Source of the DNA: Podarcis vaucheri
Taxonomy: Eukaryota
NCBI GenBank assembly: GCA_965113315.1
Contig: OZ220374.1
Strand: one strand, 5' to 3'
DNA: 64,000 nucleotides
Positions 11,755 through 24,941 of the stretch are shown here, one piece after another. Each line of letters opens with the position of its first letter. The stretch's first letter is position 1. Below the pieces are notes generated by a model. The model made no database searches. It was not told the DNA's origin and worked only from the letters and a program-made list of their open reading frames with translations. The position numbers and the translations under genes are program-made.

Positions 11755-12105
11755 GGTTTTTTAAAAATACAATTTCTTAATTTTACAGACCTTTACATTC
11801 ACCAAAGCATATATCATATATTTAACATCAACTTCCTTTCCCCTCCCCTTTAATAGTTCGTTTTAGTTACCCTTTTCCACTGCATAATCTAATCAATCTG
11901 TATTCTTTCCTTTTTCAGTTTTGTCTCAATTTTATACTGCTAAATTTACTCTAATCCTGCTAACGCCTTAATTTGTTTACAGTAGTTTTTTTTCTAATAT
12001 TCTGCAAATCTTTTCTAATCTTCCTTAAAAAACTCTTTCTTCCTAACCTCTTATTCTACTAGTTAATTTAGCCATTTCTGCATATTTCATCAATTTCATC
12101 CACAT
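11755..12105 (-). mobile_element. L1 LINE 3' fragment
   Basis: Minus-strand peptide WMKLMKYAEMAKLTSRIRG resembles the squamate L1 ORF2 C-terminus; A-rich minus strand followed by 3'UTR. Confidence 0.7.
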
Positions 12106-12419
12106 GGGAAAGGATATTTGTAGCCAGGACATAGATCTTATCCTTCTCCAGAAAAATCGAAAGAGAGGCAATGAAGAATACATTTGTCTACCACCTTCCT
12201 GCATTGCTTTTGTAGTAGCTTCACAAAGGAGCTGATAGCACACCATGCCATTTACTATATAGATCTTTCACATTGTATAGAGTACCTGCACATCATTGTC
12301 AGCTACTGTGAAGAATGATTCACAGGGACAGAGCACTGACCCAGAAAACAGGAGATGGACATTTCAATCCCATGCCGGGGGGGGGGGGGCTGTAGAATTC
12401 AGGCAAACTTGGGAGAGGC

Positions 12420-12605
12420 TGAAACTCCTTGGTAAATATCTGATTTACCTGTAAAAGATCTTTAGTTCAATCCTTGCACTTCCAGGCAGGACTGGAAAAG
12501 GTTCCTGTCTGAAATCATAGAGAGCTGTTGCCACTCAATGTAGACAATACAGAAGTAGATGGAATGTTGATCTGACTTGATACAGGGCACTTTCCTTTGT
12601 TCTAA
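12420..12605 (+). mobile_element. Squam-type tRNA-derived SINE (degraded)
   Basis: Box-B-like agttcaatcc, then ctgtctgaaatc..agagagctgttgccactcaatgtagacaatac, as in the copy at 58717. Confidence 0.6.
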
Positions 12606-14958
12606 TGAATATGTGGCACTAGTATGGAGGCTCGCCATGTGTTGTAGAAAATCCATGTCGCAGGTGATGTTACTTTCCCCTTGCAGAAGACCCACCATAT
12701 GGATTTCCCTCCCAGCAACTTGCATGTGGGGCTGTAACATGTAAATTGGCTCACAGAGTCAAAAGAAATCTGTGAATTCTATGGCATGGAGAAAAAGTGG
12801 TAGAAAAAGAGTAAATGATAGAAAAAAAGCTCACCAGCTAAATTATGCCTGTATTTTCAAAGGCAAAAAAGCTAGAAGAAAGGGTTTGCAAGTCAGGAGT
12901 TAGGAGTTTCATTTCAACAGACAAACAAACAAAGCAAAAACAAACTAAGTGCTTTATGCCAGCAAGTCACATGTGTTCAATGTATCCTGTGGCCTCAAAA
13001 GAATTCTATTAAAATTATTTCTTCTTCTTCTCCAAGTACTTAACCAAAATCATAGGTCAGTTAGGCGCAATTTTTGTAAATAAAGTAGGGAAGAGATTAA
13101 AAGACTTGGCAGAGATTAAATCAATTAACTGAAAATAGGCATTAATATACATACTCAAATATAATTTTGACAGCATACATTATCAGATCTCAGACCTTTC
13201 TTTGCAGCAGCCTATTTACACTTTTTATCATTCAGTCATTATACTCTTTACCCAGTCAAAATACAATTGCTTTGTGGGTTCAGCTAGAGTTGCTATTAGC
13301 ATTTATCCACTATCCACCCTGTTTCTTGCTGCCTTGCATTCAAGGTTGCTGTTGCTGTTTTAAGATCAAAATCTTGAGGTTAGGGGAATTAATGTAACCC
13401 CACAACCTATGGCACAGAGTTCTTGATGACAAATGAACCTTCAAAAAAGCAGCCAAAAATTGAGCCACAAAGGTACCAGGAACATTTTTTTGAGGATGGA
13501 AACCAATGGAGCTGATGAACTGTAGGGCAGTGCTCAGAACACAGTGACACTTAGATGATCTATTACCAAATTACTTACTTTTTCTTCCTAGAAGGAGTGG
13601 AAAGTGTTTTCCCAGCCTTTGTGATGGGAACGGAGACAAAATTAGGCTTTCTGACCTGGAGGTATTATAACAAAGAGGGGGAGTTTTCACCTCTTGAATG
13701 GGGTTGAGCTTGACCCTTTCTGACTACTGAATAGCTTCATTCCATCCAATTAATTTTTTTCTAGAGTTTATGTGAACTGTGAAGTCACATTCCTAAGGAA
13801 TTAGTCTATATACTACACAAACTAGCACCATCCTTTGCTGCCTTAAGAGCAGCAAATCCTTGAAAACTGTGGCAGGGCTGATTTTTCAACCTGCAAATGA
13901 AACTTAAGAGAACAGTGACAAATTGAAGTAGCTGACAGGGCACAAAGAGAACTTGTTCTTTTCCATTCCATACTGGCAGCAATGCCACCAAGTATATAAT
14001 AAGACTTCTGCTTTTTGAACTGTCAGAAACTTTGACCCAAGAGCTTCGGAGTCCTGAGGCTAAGACCTAGCCCAGTGTGCCTTAGCATAATGGGCAATAT
14101 CATTAGGCCCCAGAGAACATTTCCATTGTAGAAGAGAATTGGTGTGTACACCACCATCTTGTGATTGACAGGGAATCTGAGCCCTCTGGATAGGCCAGAG
14201 CTGATATCATAGGAACCTTGCCCAGGGCCTCCTTTTTTCTTGTACTTTAGGTTCCAACTTAAGGCACCACCTCAGGAGACCCTGTAGAATTATATATAAC
14301 CTATGGCATATCCTGGTCCTGCCAAGAAACTCTCAGGTTTAGATATTTCTTTCCATGATCTATGCAGCTTCTTAGCCTCTTGTCTCTCGTGCAACCCTGT
14401 AGTGAAATCAGTTCTTATAAGATCCATATTTCTTCACCCTGGCCTGGAAGGAGGCACAGCTAGAACTGCTCTGGCTATTTTGGCTTCCATGGTCTTAGCT
14501 TCTTTTTGACCTATACAAAAGAAAAGCTTAAGGCTTGTGTTTGGGGCACACAATTCGGTATAAGGCACAGGAAAAGAGATACTTCATCTCCTGGAAGTAA
14601 GTCACATTGAATTCAATGGGGCATACTTCTGAGTAGAAATTCATAAGATTGTGCTGTTTTCTAAACAAAATTTCATGAGCATTGGCAGAGTAGATTCCCA
14701 TTAACCTTTTGTCTCATGCGGGGAAACCACCCCACATTTGTCTCTTTGTCTGCCTTGTAACTTTCCTTAGCAGTTTATTTTACATTTACATAGATATCTC
14801 CTGATAATTGCTCAATTATTGTGCCTAATTACTGCAAATGTCTTGTCTTCCCTGGAGTCCATGCAATCAGAGCAGTAAACACAGCAACGAAGTACAGAAA
14901 GCCGTGTTTCTCCAGGCAGCAGTGACAGGCTGATTATGGTTCAGAAAGTTTGGCTAAG

Positions 14959-15094
14959 CCAGCCTTTCCCAAACTGCTGCCTTGCTGATGTTTTGGACAA
15001 AACATCCACCAGCCCCATCCAGCATGACTATGGTCAGGTTTGATGGGGGTTGGAGTTCAACACATCTAGAGGGCATCAGACTGGGGGAAGGCTG
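14959..15094. mobile_element. Palindromic hAT-type MITE (older copy)
   Basis: cagcctttcccaaactg ... cagactgggggaaggctg termini with a gatgtttt/aacacatct core; ends about 100 nt before the exon at 15192. Confidence 0.7.
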
Positions 15095-15191
15095 AACTTA
15101 AGTGGTTTGACAGAAGCCATAGATAAAATGGATGCACATTTATAAATATGTATGTAAATTTATGAACATATATGTGTCTTATACCTGTCAG

Positions 15192-15287
15192 GATGAACAA
15201 GTGGTGCTGTGGAGAGCCAGTGCAACAACTAACAATGAGTGGGTGAAAACAGAAATACAGATACCAACAGATCTTAAAAAAACCAAG
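15192..15287 (+). CDS. MALRD1: MALRD1 exon: DEQVVLWRASATTNNEWVKTEIQIPTDLKKTK
   Basis: ctgtcAG acceptor, AAG|GTAATA donor, 96 nt, phase 0-0; LW......WVK...IP.DLK MAM motif. Not in the ORF track. Confidence 0.9.
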
Positions 15288-15793
15288 GTAATAGAAAACA
15301 TTTAAGCATCCCCACTTTGAAAGTTGATCCCAGTGAATTAGAGTTGCTGCTGAATATATGGAGAATTCCATGTTCTAGGATTTTTCTTCTATGAACTAAT
15401 GCATGCTTGCAGCTGGAAGAATGTATTTCATGTAAGAGAACAGGAAGCATCCTGCAGGCAAAGGTCTTTGGTCCACAACTTCCTTTTCAAGCATCTCAAG
15501 CAGTGGTGCAGCTAGGGCATCAAAGTCCAGAGCCTCCCAGCCCAAGGGAGCCCCAAATGAGTACAAAGAGAGTGTCTGATTGTGGAAGAAACAGCCAAGA
15601 GACCCCCACATCAGCACTCAGGCTGGCATGGACATGCACTGGTCTCCCTGCCATCTTATCTTCTTCTTTTTAGAAACAAACAAACAGATTCCCCTGTTTT
15701 ATAGCTGGGGTGGCTGTACATGGACAGGTAACCATTATTTTCAATAAATGTTAATTATAAGTACTATAATTTATTATAATAATACATTTAATT

Positions 15794-16145
15794 GGGACTT
15801 GGGTGGCACTGTGGGTTAAACCACAGAGCCTAGGACTTGCCGATCAGAAGGTTGGCGGTTCGAATCCCTGTGACGGGGTGAGCTTCCGTTGCTCGGTCCC
15901 TGCCCCTGCCAACCTAGCAGTTTGAAAGCACGTCAAAGTACAAGTAGATAAATAGGTACCGCTCCGGCGGGAAGGTAAACGGCATTTCCGTGCGCTGCTC
16001 TGGTTCGCCAGAAGCAGCTTAGTCATGCTGGCCACATGACCTGGAAGCTGTACGCCGGCTTCCTCGGCCAATAAAGCGAGATGAGCGCCACAACCCCAGA
16101 GTCGGCCACGAATGGACCTAATGGTCAGGTGTCCCTTTACATTTT
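15794..16145 (+). mobile_element. Sauria SINE, full length
   Basis: gggacttgggtggcactgtgg head, box B, gtccctttac tail; TSD tacat(t/c)taatt; followed by (TAAT)n. Confidence 0.95.
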
Positions 16146-16834
16146 TACATCTAATTAATTAATTAATTAATTAATAATTGTTTACCTGCCAAGATATTAT
16201 CCTTTTATACAGCAAAACAGTGCTTATTCCCAAGTCAATATGTTTAGCATCAGGGCAGCAGAAGCAAACCCCATTTCCGCCCTGTAGTCCTGCTGATACT
16301 ATGATGTAAGCAAGTTCAAACTAAGAAACTAAATATGCTCAGTGTATTTCTAAAAAATAAAATAAAATAAGGGATGGTAAACTTCTTGGTTTTTTGCATA
16401 TCAGGAATCTAGAAGCAGTTGTTAAGCATTCAATGGCAGGAGGGGGGGAGAAGAAAAACGTTGATGGTGTGTGCCGCACAACTGCAGTAATACACAAGTC
16501 TGTCCAGAGGGGGGCCCATTGCAACCACTAAGTCCACATTCTGAAATGATCTGCCTGTACCACTGACTCTCGAGTTTCCACCAAGTATTTGATGACTAGT
16601 CTGCAGGTTTCAGGGAAGAGGCAGGGAGCAGAACATGCATAGGACCTGACAATCCAGTCCATATCACTGGCCACACCTCACAGAGAAGCCTGAGACAAAT
16701 TCTGCCCATCGGGCGCTGAGGAGCTTCTTAACATGCCAGGAGCAAACCTGCTGCCCTGCAAGAAAATAACTTTGTGTTGCAGTAAGCCTGTTACCATATC
16801 TAACTTAAAACTCTTCAGCCTTGTGTACTTCTTA

Positions 16835-17050
16835 AATATGTTTTATTCCATCTTTTCTCCAATGAGCTCTGGTGTATATGACATAGATGATTATCTCCCT
16901 TTATTTCCTCTCGGCACCCCATGAGGCAGGTTTGGCCAAGAGATAGTGACTGGCGCCAAAACCACTCAGTGAATTTCATGCTCAGTGGGGATTTGAATCC
17001 TGTTCTCTCTATCCTGCTTTAACCCTCTAACCACCATGCTGGTCTGGCTC
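16835..17050 (-). mobile_element. MIR/CORE-like tRNA SINE (old)
   Basis: ggggatttgaatcc (reverse-complement box B), ctctaaccaccatgc, CORE-like centre and L2-like tail; a fragment also lies at about 6120-6270. Confidence 0.55.
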
Positions 17051-17797
17051 TCCCTCCCAAAGCCTACCAAGTATAGAAATCATCTGGAGTGTAACAAGAA
17101 GTGGACCTGCCAGCCGCAGCTCCAGTTTATTTCACCTTTAAATTCAGCCAGCCAGTTGCTGCTAGGTGAGTGAGCCAGTGCTGTTGCAGGATTAAGCTTT
17201 CCATTAAAAGGGCAGAATGGAATTTCAGAAACTATGGGCACACCTGGCACTTTAAAACATGCTGCAGGAAAATTACCTCCTGGCAATTTCCTGCCTCAAA
17301 TCAATTTCCAGCATAACAAAAACGGATTACTTTGTTTGTAATTCCTCACTTCCTTCCAACTTATTTTTAATAGTACTTTTTACTGAGTATATTGTACAGT
17401 ACAATGTTCCTTCCTACTTTTCATCCAGTTGTGAAATTCATGCCTTATTTGAATCCTAAAAGGAGAATTATTTACAAACAATATGGTTTTTTGCGCATAT
17501 ATATATATATATTCTGAAATTGATTGAGCATTAACTGAACTGCTTAGGAGATAGACTAGTCTGTACATTGTGGATCTAGAGCAGAGAATAAAAGCAATGA
17601 AATATCTGACCTTGTCAAATACCATCCTTGATTCCTTTTTCTTTTCTTTTCTTTTTTAAAGTGTTTTCCTCCTCTCTCCCCATAAGAGTTGCCAGACTGC
17701 AACTCAGAGACTCTATCAGCTACTTTAAATATTCTAAGGTAGCAGGAGAATGTACAACTTTGGTTTGCAGTATCATTTCCCTATTGATCTCTCAATG

Positions 17798-18243
17798 TAG
17801 GGACAGAGGAGAAATTTGATTCAGTACACATTAAAAGCCAAATCTATCAAATTCACAGTTTTTTAAACAATATGCAAATAGAAACACATCTATCCTTCAA
17901 AATTTGCACTTTTACCACAATCTGTGGTAATACAGATTGCCAACCAAGCAGCAATTTTTTTTAAAAATGCATAAATTAGGGAAAGTGTGCATACAAATGA
18001 AGGTGTTGGTGAAAATAACATCCAAAAATGCATTATATATGGGGAAATTGCTTGCAGAAATGTGTATATTAGTACTACATATAAAATGTGTTTATTAGGA
18101 GAAATTCACACTAAAATGCAAGTGGATTTTCATGAGGATTTTGCTTGTAATCACAAATCGTTGCAATATGTGAAAAACCAACTATAAGGTTGGAAAAATG
18201 AGAAACAGAGAGAACTGAAATGGACAGATCCTTCTACTCCTAA
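17798..18243. mobile_element. Non-autonomous hAT-like element (TAGGGA-type ends), AT-rich interior
   Basis: Related copies or fragments at about 21130-21300, 24180-24605 and 50200-50315 share aaatttgcact, ggtgaaaat, ggggaaattgctt and gaaattcacac motifs. Confidence 0.6.
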
Positions 18244-18474
18244 TCTGTTGTTCATGCCCAGCCGATCTTCTGTGGGTTGAACCAAAGCCTTGCAAGTGAT
18301 GAGGGATGTCAAAGCTGACTGGTGAAGGCATGCCAGTACGCATCAGGGCTGACTTCATTGTACTGGGAAGTGCAATGGGGCAGTCCTCAAAACCAACAAT
18401 TTCAGTTGTGAGCCATTAAAAATAAAATCAGGAAGCAGCATTGGCTGAAAAGGGCAACCAACAATGCTTACCTA

Positions 18475-18705
18475 CAGTGGTACCTCTGGTTAAGAACTTA
18501 ATTCATTCCGGAGATCCGTTCTTAACCTGAAACTGTTCTTAACCTGAGGTACCACTTTAGCTAATGGGGCCTCCCGCTGCCACCGCACGATTTCTGTTCT
18601 CATCCTGAAGTAAAGTTCTTAACCTGAGGTACTAATTCCGGGTTAGCAGAGTCTGTAGCTTGAAGTGTTTGTAACCCAAAGCATCTGTAACCCAAGGTAC
18701 CAATG
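18475..18705. mobile_element. Tc1/mariner (Tigger/pogo-like) MITE
   Basis: TA TSD on both sides; TIR cagtggtacct / aggtaccaatg; internal ttcttaacctga repeats. Confidence 0.88.
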
Positions 18706-20044
18706 TATTTAGATAGTACTTGAGCTGGGATCTGCTCTGCAATTCACCTCAGTGTACTGTGACTTACTCTGGCCCTGTTGACACAATTATAACTAAGATT
18801 TAGGAAGGTAAAGTACCTTATTTCACGTCTGTAGGGGTTAAAGGCCTATAGGAAGGCTCTGACTGAATTGTAGCGGGGAAGCAAAATGGATTATATACTG
18901 ATCTCTTGTGAGCTTTCCAAAGAAGGAGATTTGTAAAGATAGGAAATCTGAGTACTTACCTCTCCATCCCTGCTAATGGCTTTGGTGTGTGTTAACTTGT
19001 CCTTTCTTTTTGCACCAGCTGTCATTCAGTTTGCTGTAATATTGAATATATTTCAACAGTTCATCATTTTAAAGGGCTCTTGAATTGATCCGCTTGTGTA
19101 TATTACACAAGTGGAAATTATGTTAGAAAATGGAGTTACATGAGCCTGTTTGGCCTTTACGAAAGTGCAACCAAATCAATATATGCGTGTTTACCTGGAA
19201 GTTAGTCCCAGTGACTTCATGTGGATTTGTTCCTCATAAGCAGCCAACAATCTTAACAACTTTTAACTGAGCATTGATTGGAGCCCCTATGTGCATTATA
19301 CACATGAATGGGCATCATCTGCAGAAAGGTGCTTCAGGGCTTCCTCTGGCCCTGAGCTCATTCAGCTTCTTCTGGCTCAGTATCTGACATCCGGGCAATA
19401 GGCAAGCATATCCGCAGGGAAAACCCTATATGGATAGACCTTTAGGTGTTAGGCTTTCAATGAGAACTAGAATTTTCCAGGATTGGGATTCCAGCTCATG
19501 TGGAAGGCACACAAATATTCATGCCTAATACATATACATTAGACATGTGGCAAGGGGAAGCCAACAGACCACAGGAGCAGTCATTCAGCCCCATAGCTCC
19601 TTCATGTAATTCTTGCATGAAGGCAGCTTAGATTTCACATTGAAAAAAATTATACCCAATCCAGTTGGTTAACTGAAGCACAGGCTTGTTTCATACAGTA
19701 TGCAAGCTATGGCATATACCACACATGTCCCATATAATGTACATACACTTTTAGCATTATTATGTAATGTTAGCACACTATCCTTTAATGGCTTGTGTGT
19801 GGATGTGCTGCTAGCATGCTCATGTTGCACAAAATTGGGCCTGTGCATAGAAAGTGCATTAAATGTGGTACATAAGTAATGACTTTATCTGTGGCTCATG
19901 TCCTACATTAATCAGGACAAATGTTAAAAGAGGTTGCATGAAACACTGAGCAAATACATTAACCATGTTAACACCTCAGTTTCCATTTGTTCCTCTTTCC
20001 ATTGAAATAATTTGGTAAATATAAAATAATAACCATTCTTGCAG

Positions 20045-20252
20045 CTTCTTTTAGAAGGAACAGTCGAAAGCAACATGAGCACCATCTGCCTGCATCACTT
20101 TCATTTTGTGGGAAACACAACATCAGACTTGCCAGAGGTTTGTTCTTCTGAACGATTTGCTTGTGCCAGTGGCCAATGGATTGACAGTAGTTTGGCCTGT
20201 GATTACCAGCTGGACTGTTTGGATGGAAGTGATGAAGATCCAGCAGCTTGTG
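20045..20252 (+). CDS. MALRD1: MALRD1 exon: MAM C-terminus plus LDLa (LLLEGTVES...CSSERFACASGQWIDSSLACDYQLDCLDGSDEDPAAC)
   Basis: ttgcAG acceptor, G|GTAAGT donor, 208 nt, phase 0-1; DC.DGSDE LDLa signature. Confidence 0.95.
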
Positions 20253-20911
20253 GTAAGTTAAATCACCTGTTCCAAAGATGGTACAGTGCCAAAAGGACGA
20301 GTGAAAGCATTTACGCTATAGAAAGGAATATTAGAAACAAACGATAATTTAGCAATAACCAGAGTTTCCCTGAGTTTGAATGTAACAGGAAACTCTGGTC
20401 ATACTTTAGTGTTACATCTGAATAAGGCCAATGCATATTCAAGCCTAAACTAGTAAATTGAATGCAAGAACATTTCAGTGCTTTAGAACCACTGTTGGGC
20501 TAATCCCTTACTATACAGATAGCCTGATTGCAATTATAACTGCTTTTCAGGTGTCATTCCTGGTTGTTTTTATATTGAAAAAAGTATGGTTTTACAGCAC
20601 TCATAAGGGCTTTTCTGTGTATATGTGCCAACTGAGTTATTAATTAGGAAACTTATCCCCTACTTTTAATCTTCAGTTTAAGATCTTCATATTGAATAAA
20701 GACTTTTGTGTTAAATTTATTGCTGCAGTTGGCAATAGATCTCTTAAAGTCTTCACATAGTTTCCGTTTTAAATAAACTTTTTGGATTTGAATGTGAAAC
20801 CCCAATGGTTGCTTTATTAAGACAGATTAATTTAGATAATAATGCAGTGACATTTTTGTATCAGTTTCCCACCCACCCCCTTGACTCTATTTGTGTTTGT
20901 TTTTTCAATAG

Positions 20912-21058
20912 CAAATTACACCCTCTGTGACTTTGAGTCTGACCTTTGTGAATGGAAGACACTGAACACAAAGGATGTACAGTGGAAGATAATGAAAGCA
21001 CAAACTTCTGGGGATTCCCTCCTTCCTGGAACAGATCATACAACTAGCAGCAATAAGG
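20912..21058 (+). CDS. MALRD1: MALRD1 exon: NYTLCDFESDLCEWKTLNTKDVQWKIMKAQTSGDSLLPGTDHTTSSNK(G)
   Basis: caatAG acceptor, G|GTGAGA donor, 147 nt, phase 1-1; CDFE..C.W and P..DHT motifs. Confidence 0.95.
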
Positions 21059-22604
21059 GTGAGATGCTACAGCATTTTTCTGAGCTTTCAAACACATTGT
21101 ATGTATACCGGTATATGTATTAACTTTCAAATATGCAGTCTTGGGGACCAAATTACTTTGTATTTCCAGTGCCTTAAACATAAACAGTATGCTTTTAAAT
21201 GCATATATTGGTAAAAAATGCACATTTAAATATGCAGTTTGAGAGGATGTTTTAAAAATTCAGATTAATACAGGAATCAAACAGGACAGAATTATAGGTA
21301 AAAACCTGTGAAAGTAATGTGAACCAGAAATAAGACACATTCACTCGTCCCTACTGTTGCTGTCACTGACTGATTTGCCATCAGGCACTGCCCAATGTGC
21401 AAATTATTACCAGCTCTAAGGTTAGTTCTTCTTTCACTGGGTAAAGACAGACAGCTATTTGGGTCATGTAGAATGATAGCAGTCAATCCTAAATGCTCCT
21501 GAATCAATGAGATTTAGGTCCACCTAATCACAGAACCATAGCACTGGAAAGGACTCTGGCATTCCATATTATTGGTCATTTTGGTATACCATTAATAGGT
21601 AACATGTAGATTTCTGTGGAAGCTTGCCAGCTGTTTTTTTTTGTTTGTTTTTTTAGTAGAACAGTACCATTGTCATCTAAAATGCTCCGTTCTAAAAACT
21701 CTCAAAGATGTTATCTCCTACATAGTGCATATCTGTAGTCGCTCAAATCCACAGGCTGATAGTTTGACAGTCCTGATTAGATCTTTAATTAAGCTTCCCT
21801 CCTCCCACTAGCACAAATAACAATGTCAAGCCTGTGGACTTCTTGAGAAAAAATCCAGCTCATGCTTTGGGCTTCCATGATCTATAAGACTGCTAACATG
21901 CTTTAAAAGTACTAGCCTGTGCTGGCAGGTTGATGAGAGAAACTGAATAACATACATAATAGATGATTCAATGTGGTTGAGAACAGATAATGTCCAAGTT
22001 GAGATGATTATATCTCAATATAATAATCTGAGATATGAATAAGCTTTTTGCCCATGCATGCAGCCTCTTCACTCCTTCCTTTGCAGCATGCACAATCAAA
22101 CCAGGAAGCCCCTAATTAATCATAGTTCTTTGTTTAATTTGAACCAGGAGCTTCTAGAGCCACAATATCCAACCAACTTTAAACCATGGTTTAATCTTCT
22201 GGCTTGTTCTGAAGCTGATAACTAGTTACCTGGTTGGAATGAAATGGGAAACTACAATTAGTTAGAGCAGGATGGTTCTTCCCTAAGCCGGGTAAACGAA
22301 ACGCTGGTCTTTGGGAAGGAGGAAGGAGGTGTGCAGGGCTCTCACAGGGTCCTAGAATTCCTTCCCAAAGCCTAGTTAGCGCTTTTCCAGCTTTGGGAAG
22401 GAGGTGGGTGTGCTCAGGCACCCTGTCAGAGCCTCATGCCTCCTTACCAAAGCCTGACGCCTCATCTTTTATAAATAAATGAATGATCATTTTTCATGAC
22501 ATGCTTTCCTTTTTATCACAGAGCATTTAGTGTGTGTGACACACATACAAATGGCATGCATGTATAATTAGCTGCACATACAGTTAATTCAATGTATATG
22601 GGTA

Positions 22605-22850
22605 ATTCAGTGCATTGCTGCTGGCGTCCGTCTGTCTCAGGAGACAATGGAGGGTAGATAAAATGGAGGAGTGTGCCATTGGGGCTGAAGTCAAACTCTT
22701 GGAAGGTTGCAGTGCTTACTGTGGTTGCAAAGACTGATACAGGAGATACATGTTTTGTTGCAGGTGGAGCAGATGAAGGCATCCAGTTGCGCTGCTGCAG
22801 ATGGAAACGCCTTGGTGCATACATGGCATACAAATCCTTTATCCCTGCAA
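22605..22850 (-). mobile_element. RTE-clade LINE 3' fragment
   Basis: Minus-strand peptide FICSTCNKTCISCISLCNHSKHC (C2H2-like finger typical of the RTE ORF C-terminus), then a tcctgagacagacggacgcc 3' end. Confidence 0.7.
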
Positions 22851-23821
22851 ATTATCATGTGGTGCTTCAATAAGGAAGAAAAGCAGAACACGGGTGCCCA
22901 TTTTTGGGCAACGGTTCCACACGATTTCAATAACTTTAAATTATTCTTTTTAAAGACATTTTTCTATTAATGGCATGCATTAAATCTCTCAAACACATTC
23001 AAGACCAAGTAGGACTGGTCTCATGTAGCTTTAAATTTGCAGTTCTCTTCCAAGTGAAATAATTAAACCAAAATAATGTGCTATGGTCTAGTCAATTTCA
23101 GCGCCACATGGGACCAAGAGAAACAGTTGTAAATGAGGGGGAAAGGCATTTTCATTACAATGAGTTTCATCTCTTCCTCCTGATAACTTTCAAAGTTAGC
23201 AAGCTATTGTTGCTTGTTCAGGACTAGAGCTTCATTAGCGGTATATATGCACTAGTTGTAATGCAGAATTTGCTTTGTTTGCTCAATTTAATTGATCGTC
23301 TGTGCACTACATTAATTCCAAACATAGTTTGCAACACTGTATAGGGCAATGGAAACATACTTTTGTCTTCCCAGATGAGACCTTATGTACTCTGCTCTGA
23401 AAACAAGCCTTGTGCTAATAGTGGGAGATGGGTGAAAAGGGAGCAGAGGCCCCTTCAGCATCAATCAGCGTTTGAGCAATAAACGCCAGAGTGATCTCTT
23501 TGAGTAGTGCCAGTGGAAGAAGAGTACTTCGGGCAAAGCAATTAATCACTCCATGACTCAGCATGTAATGTCTCTTTCGTTGGTTTAAAATCTAAGGGCC
23601 AAACTAGATGAGATATCAGGGGATCCATGATTAGCTCTCATGCCTTTTATTTAAAGTTAAAAAGCAGCCATGCAGGATGGTGGTGGAGGGGATGGATAAA
23701 AGTCTGATAGGAACAGTGGTACTGGAAAGGATGAGAGGATTAATAGTCTAAGAGTCAGCTTCTGAAGTTTGCTGAGAATTTACAAAACTTACTATGACTG
23801 GGTACAAATATAATAATAAAC

Positions 23822-23940
23822 AAGAAGAACTTAAGAACCTAAGAAGAACCCTGCTGCATCAGACCAAAGGCCCATCTAGTTCAACATTCTGCTCTTACAG
23901 TGGTCAACTAGATGTCTATGGGAAAACTGCAAGCAGAAAC
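23822..23940 (-). mobile_element. CR1-type LINE 3' end fragment
   Basis: aagaacttaagaacctaagaag tail repeats plus cagaccaaaggcccatctagttcaacattctg. Confidence 0.65.
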
Positions 23941-24831
23941 TGAATGCAGTGTTCTGTTGTTTCATACATGAGCCTTGAGTTTGTGTGCTGTCCCTCCTCA
24001 CTCCTGGTGTGGCCGTGAGGAAGAGATCTGAAATTTCAGCTTCCAATTTACTCTAACCACAGTTAGCATTGTTTTTACCTCTAAACTGTGGCTAATCATA
24101 ATTACGATTTATTAAAACAAGGAAGCTTCATAAATAGTTTGAAGTTGGCCTGTTTCAGTAAACTATAGTTAAGATCAGAAACAGGGGGGAGGGGGGATTC
24201 AATTCAGTTGGCACTTTGTGAAATGTTATCTGAAGCAAAAAAGGGTTCTCCTGTTAAATTTGCACTTCCAATTTTCCACTTGCAGTTCTCTAGCCAAGCG
24301 ATGTAAATAAAAATATGTATATTAAAGTGTGTGTAAAAAAGCACAGAATGGTGAAAATGATATACGTAAAAGCATTATACTGGGGGAAATTGCTTTGCGT
24401 GTGTGTGCATTAGGCAAAATTCTATACAAAAGTGCACGTATTTGCAGAAATTCACACAGATTTTCACAGGTTCTTAAAGCAAAATGCAAACTGATGTGGC
24501 AGTTTCGCCAATACCTAGATAAGAGTAACCAGTTTGTCCGCATTCAGACGTAATACTTAACTGTTGTTCATTAAAAATGGAAGCAAAAACTTCTGATCTT
24601 CCATGCCAGAGGAGAGGGGAGGATGAAGTGCACGAGCCAGAGGCTAGAGAACTGCAAGTGGAAAACCTAGGCTTGCATGCACAGGACATAATTTATTTTT
24701 AGGTCTGAATAAGACCTTATCAACAAGGCTTGAAGAAGAATGTCCCCAAGAAGTGCATTAAAGGCATGCTCATGTCATTTATGTTTTCAGGCAATGAATG
24801 TTCCTAACAACCTCCCTATTTTATATTTCAG

Positions 24832-24941
24832 GAACCTTTATTTATGTGACTGGCTCACCGGAGGCAAACACTAAGCCTATAATTTCTCACCTCAGCAGCC
24901 CAGTCTTTACAAAACTCCCCAGCGATGCTCTGTATTGCCAG
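24832..24941 (+). CDS. MALRD1: MALRD1 exon: (G)TFIYVTGSPEANTKPIISHLSSPVFTKLPSDALYCQ
   Basis: atttcAG acceptor, CAG|GTAACT donor, 110 nt, phase 1-0; G.FIY...L.SP..C motif. Not in the ORF track on this strand. Confidence 0.93.

Noticed and set aside
22691-22930. ORF with CxxC/HxxxC motifs suggesting a zinc-finger gene
   Set aside because: It matches the C-terminal finger and 3' end of an RTE LINE; degraded, with no gene structure.
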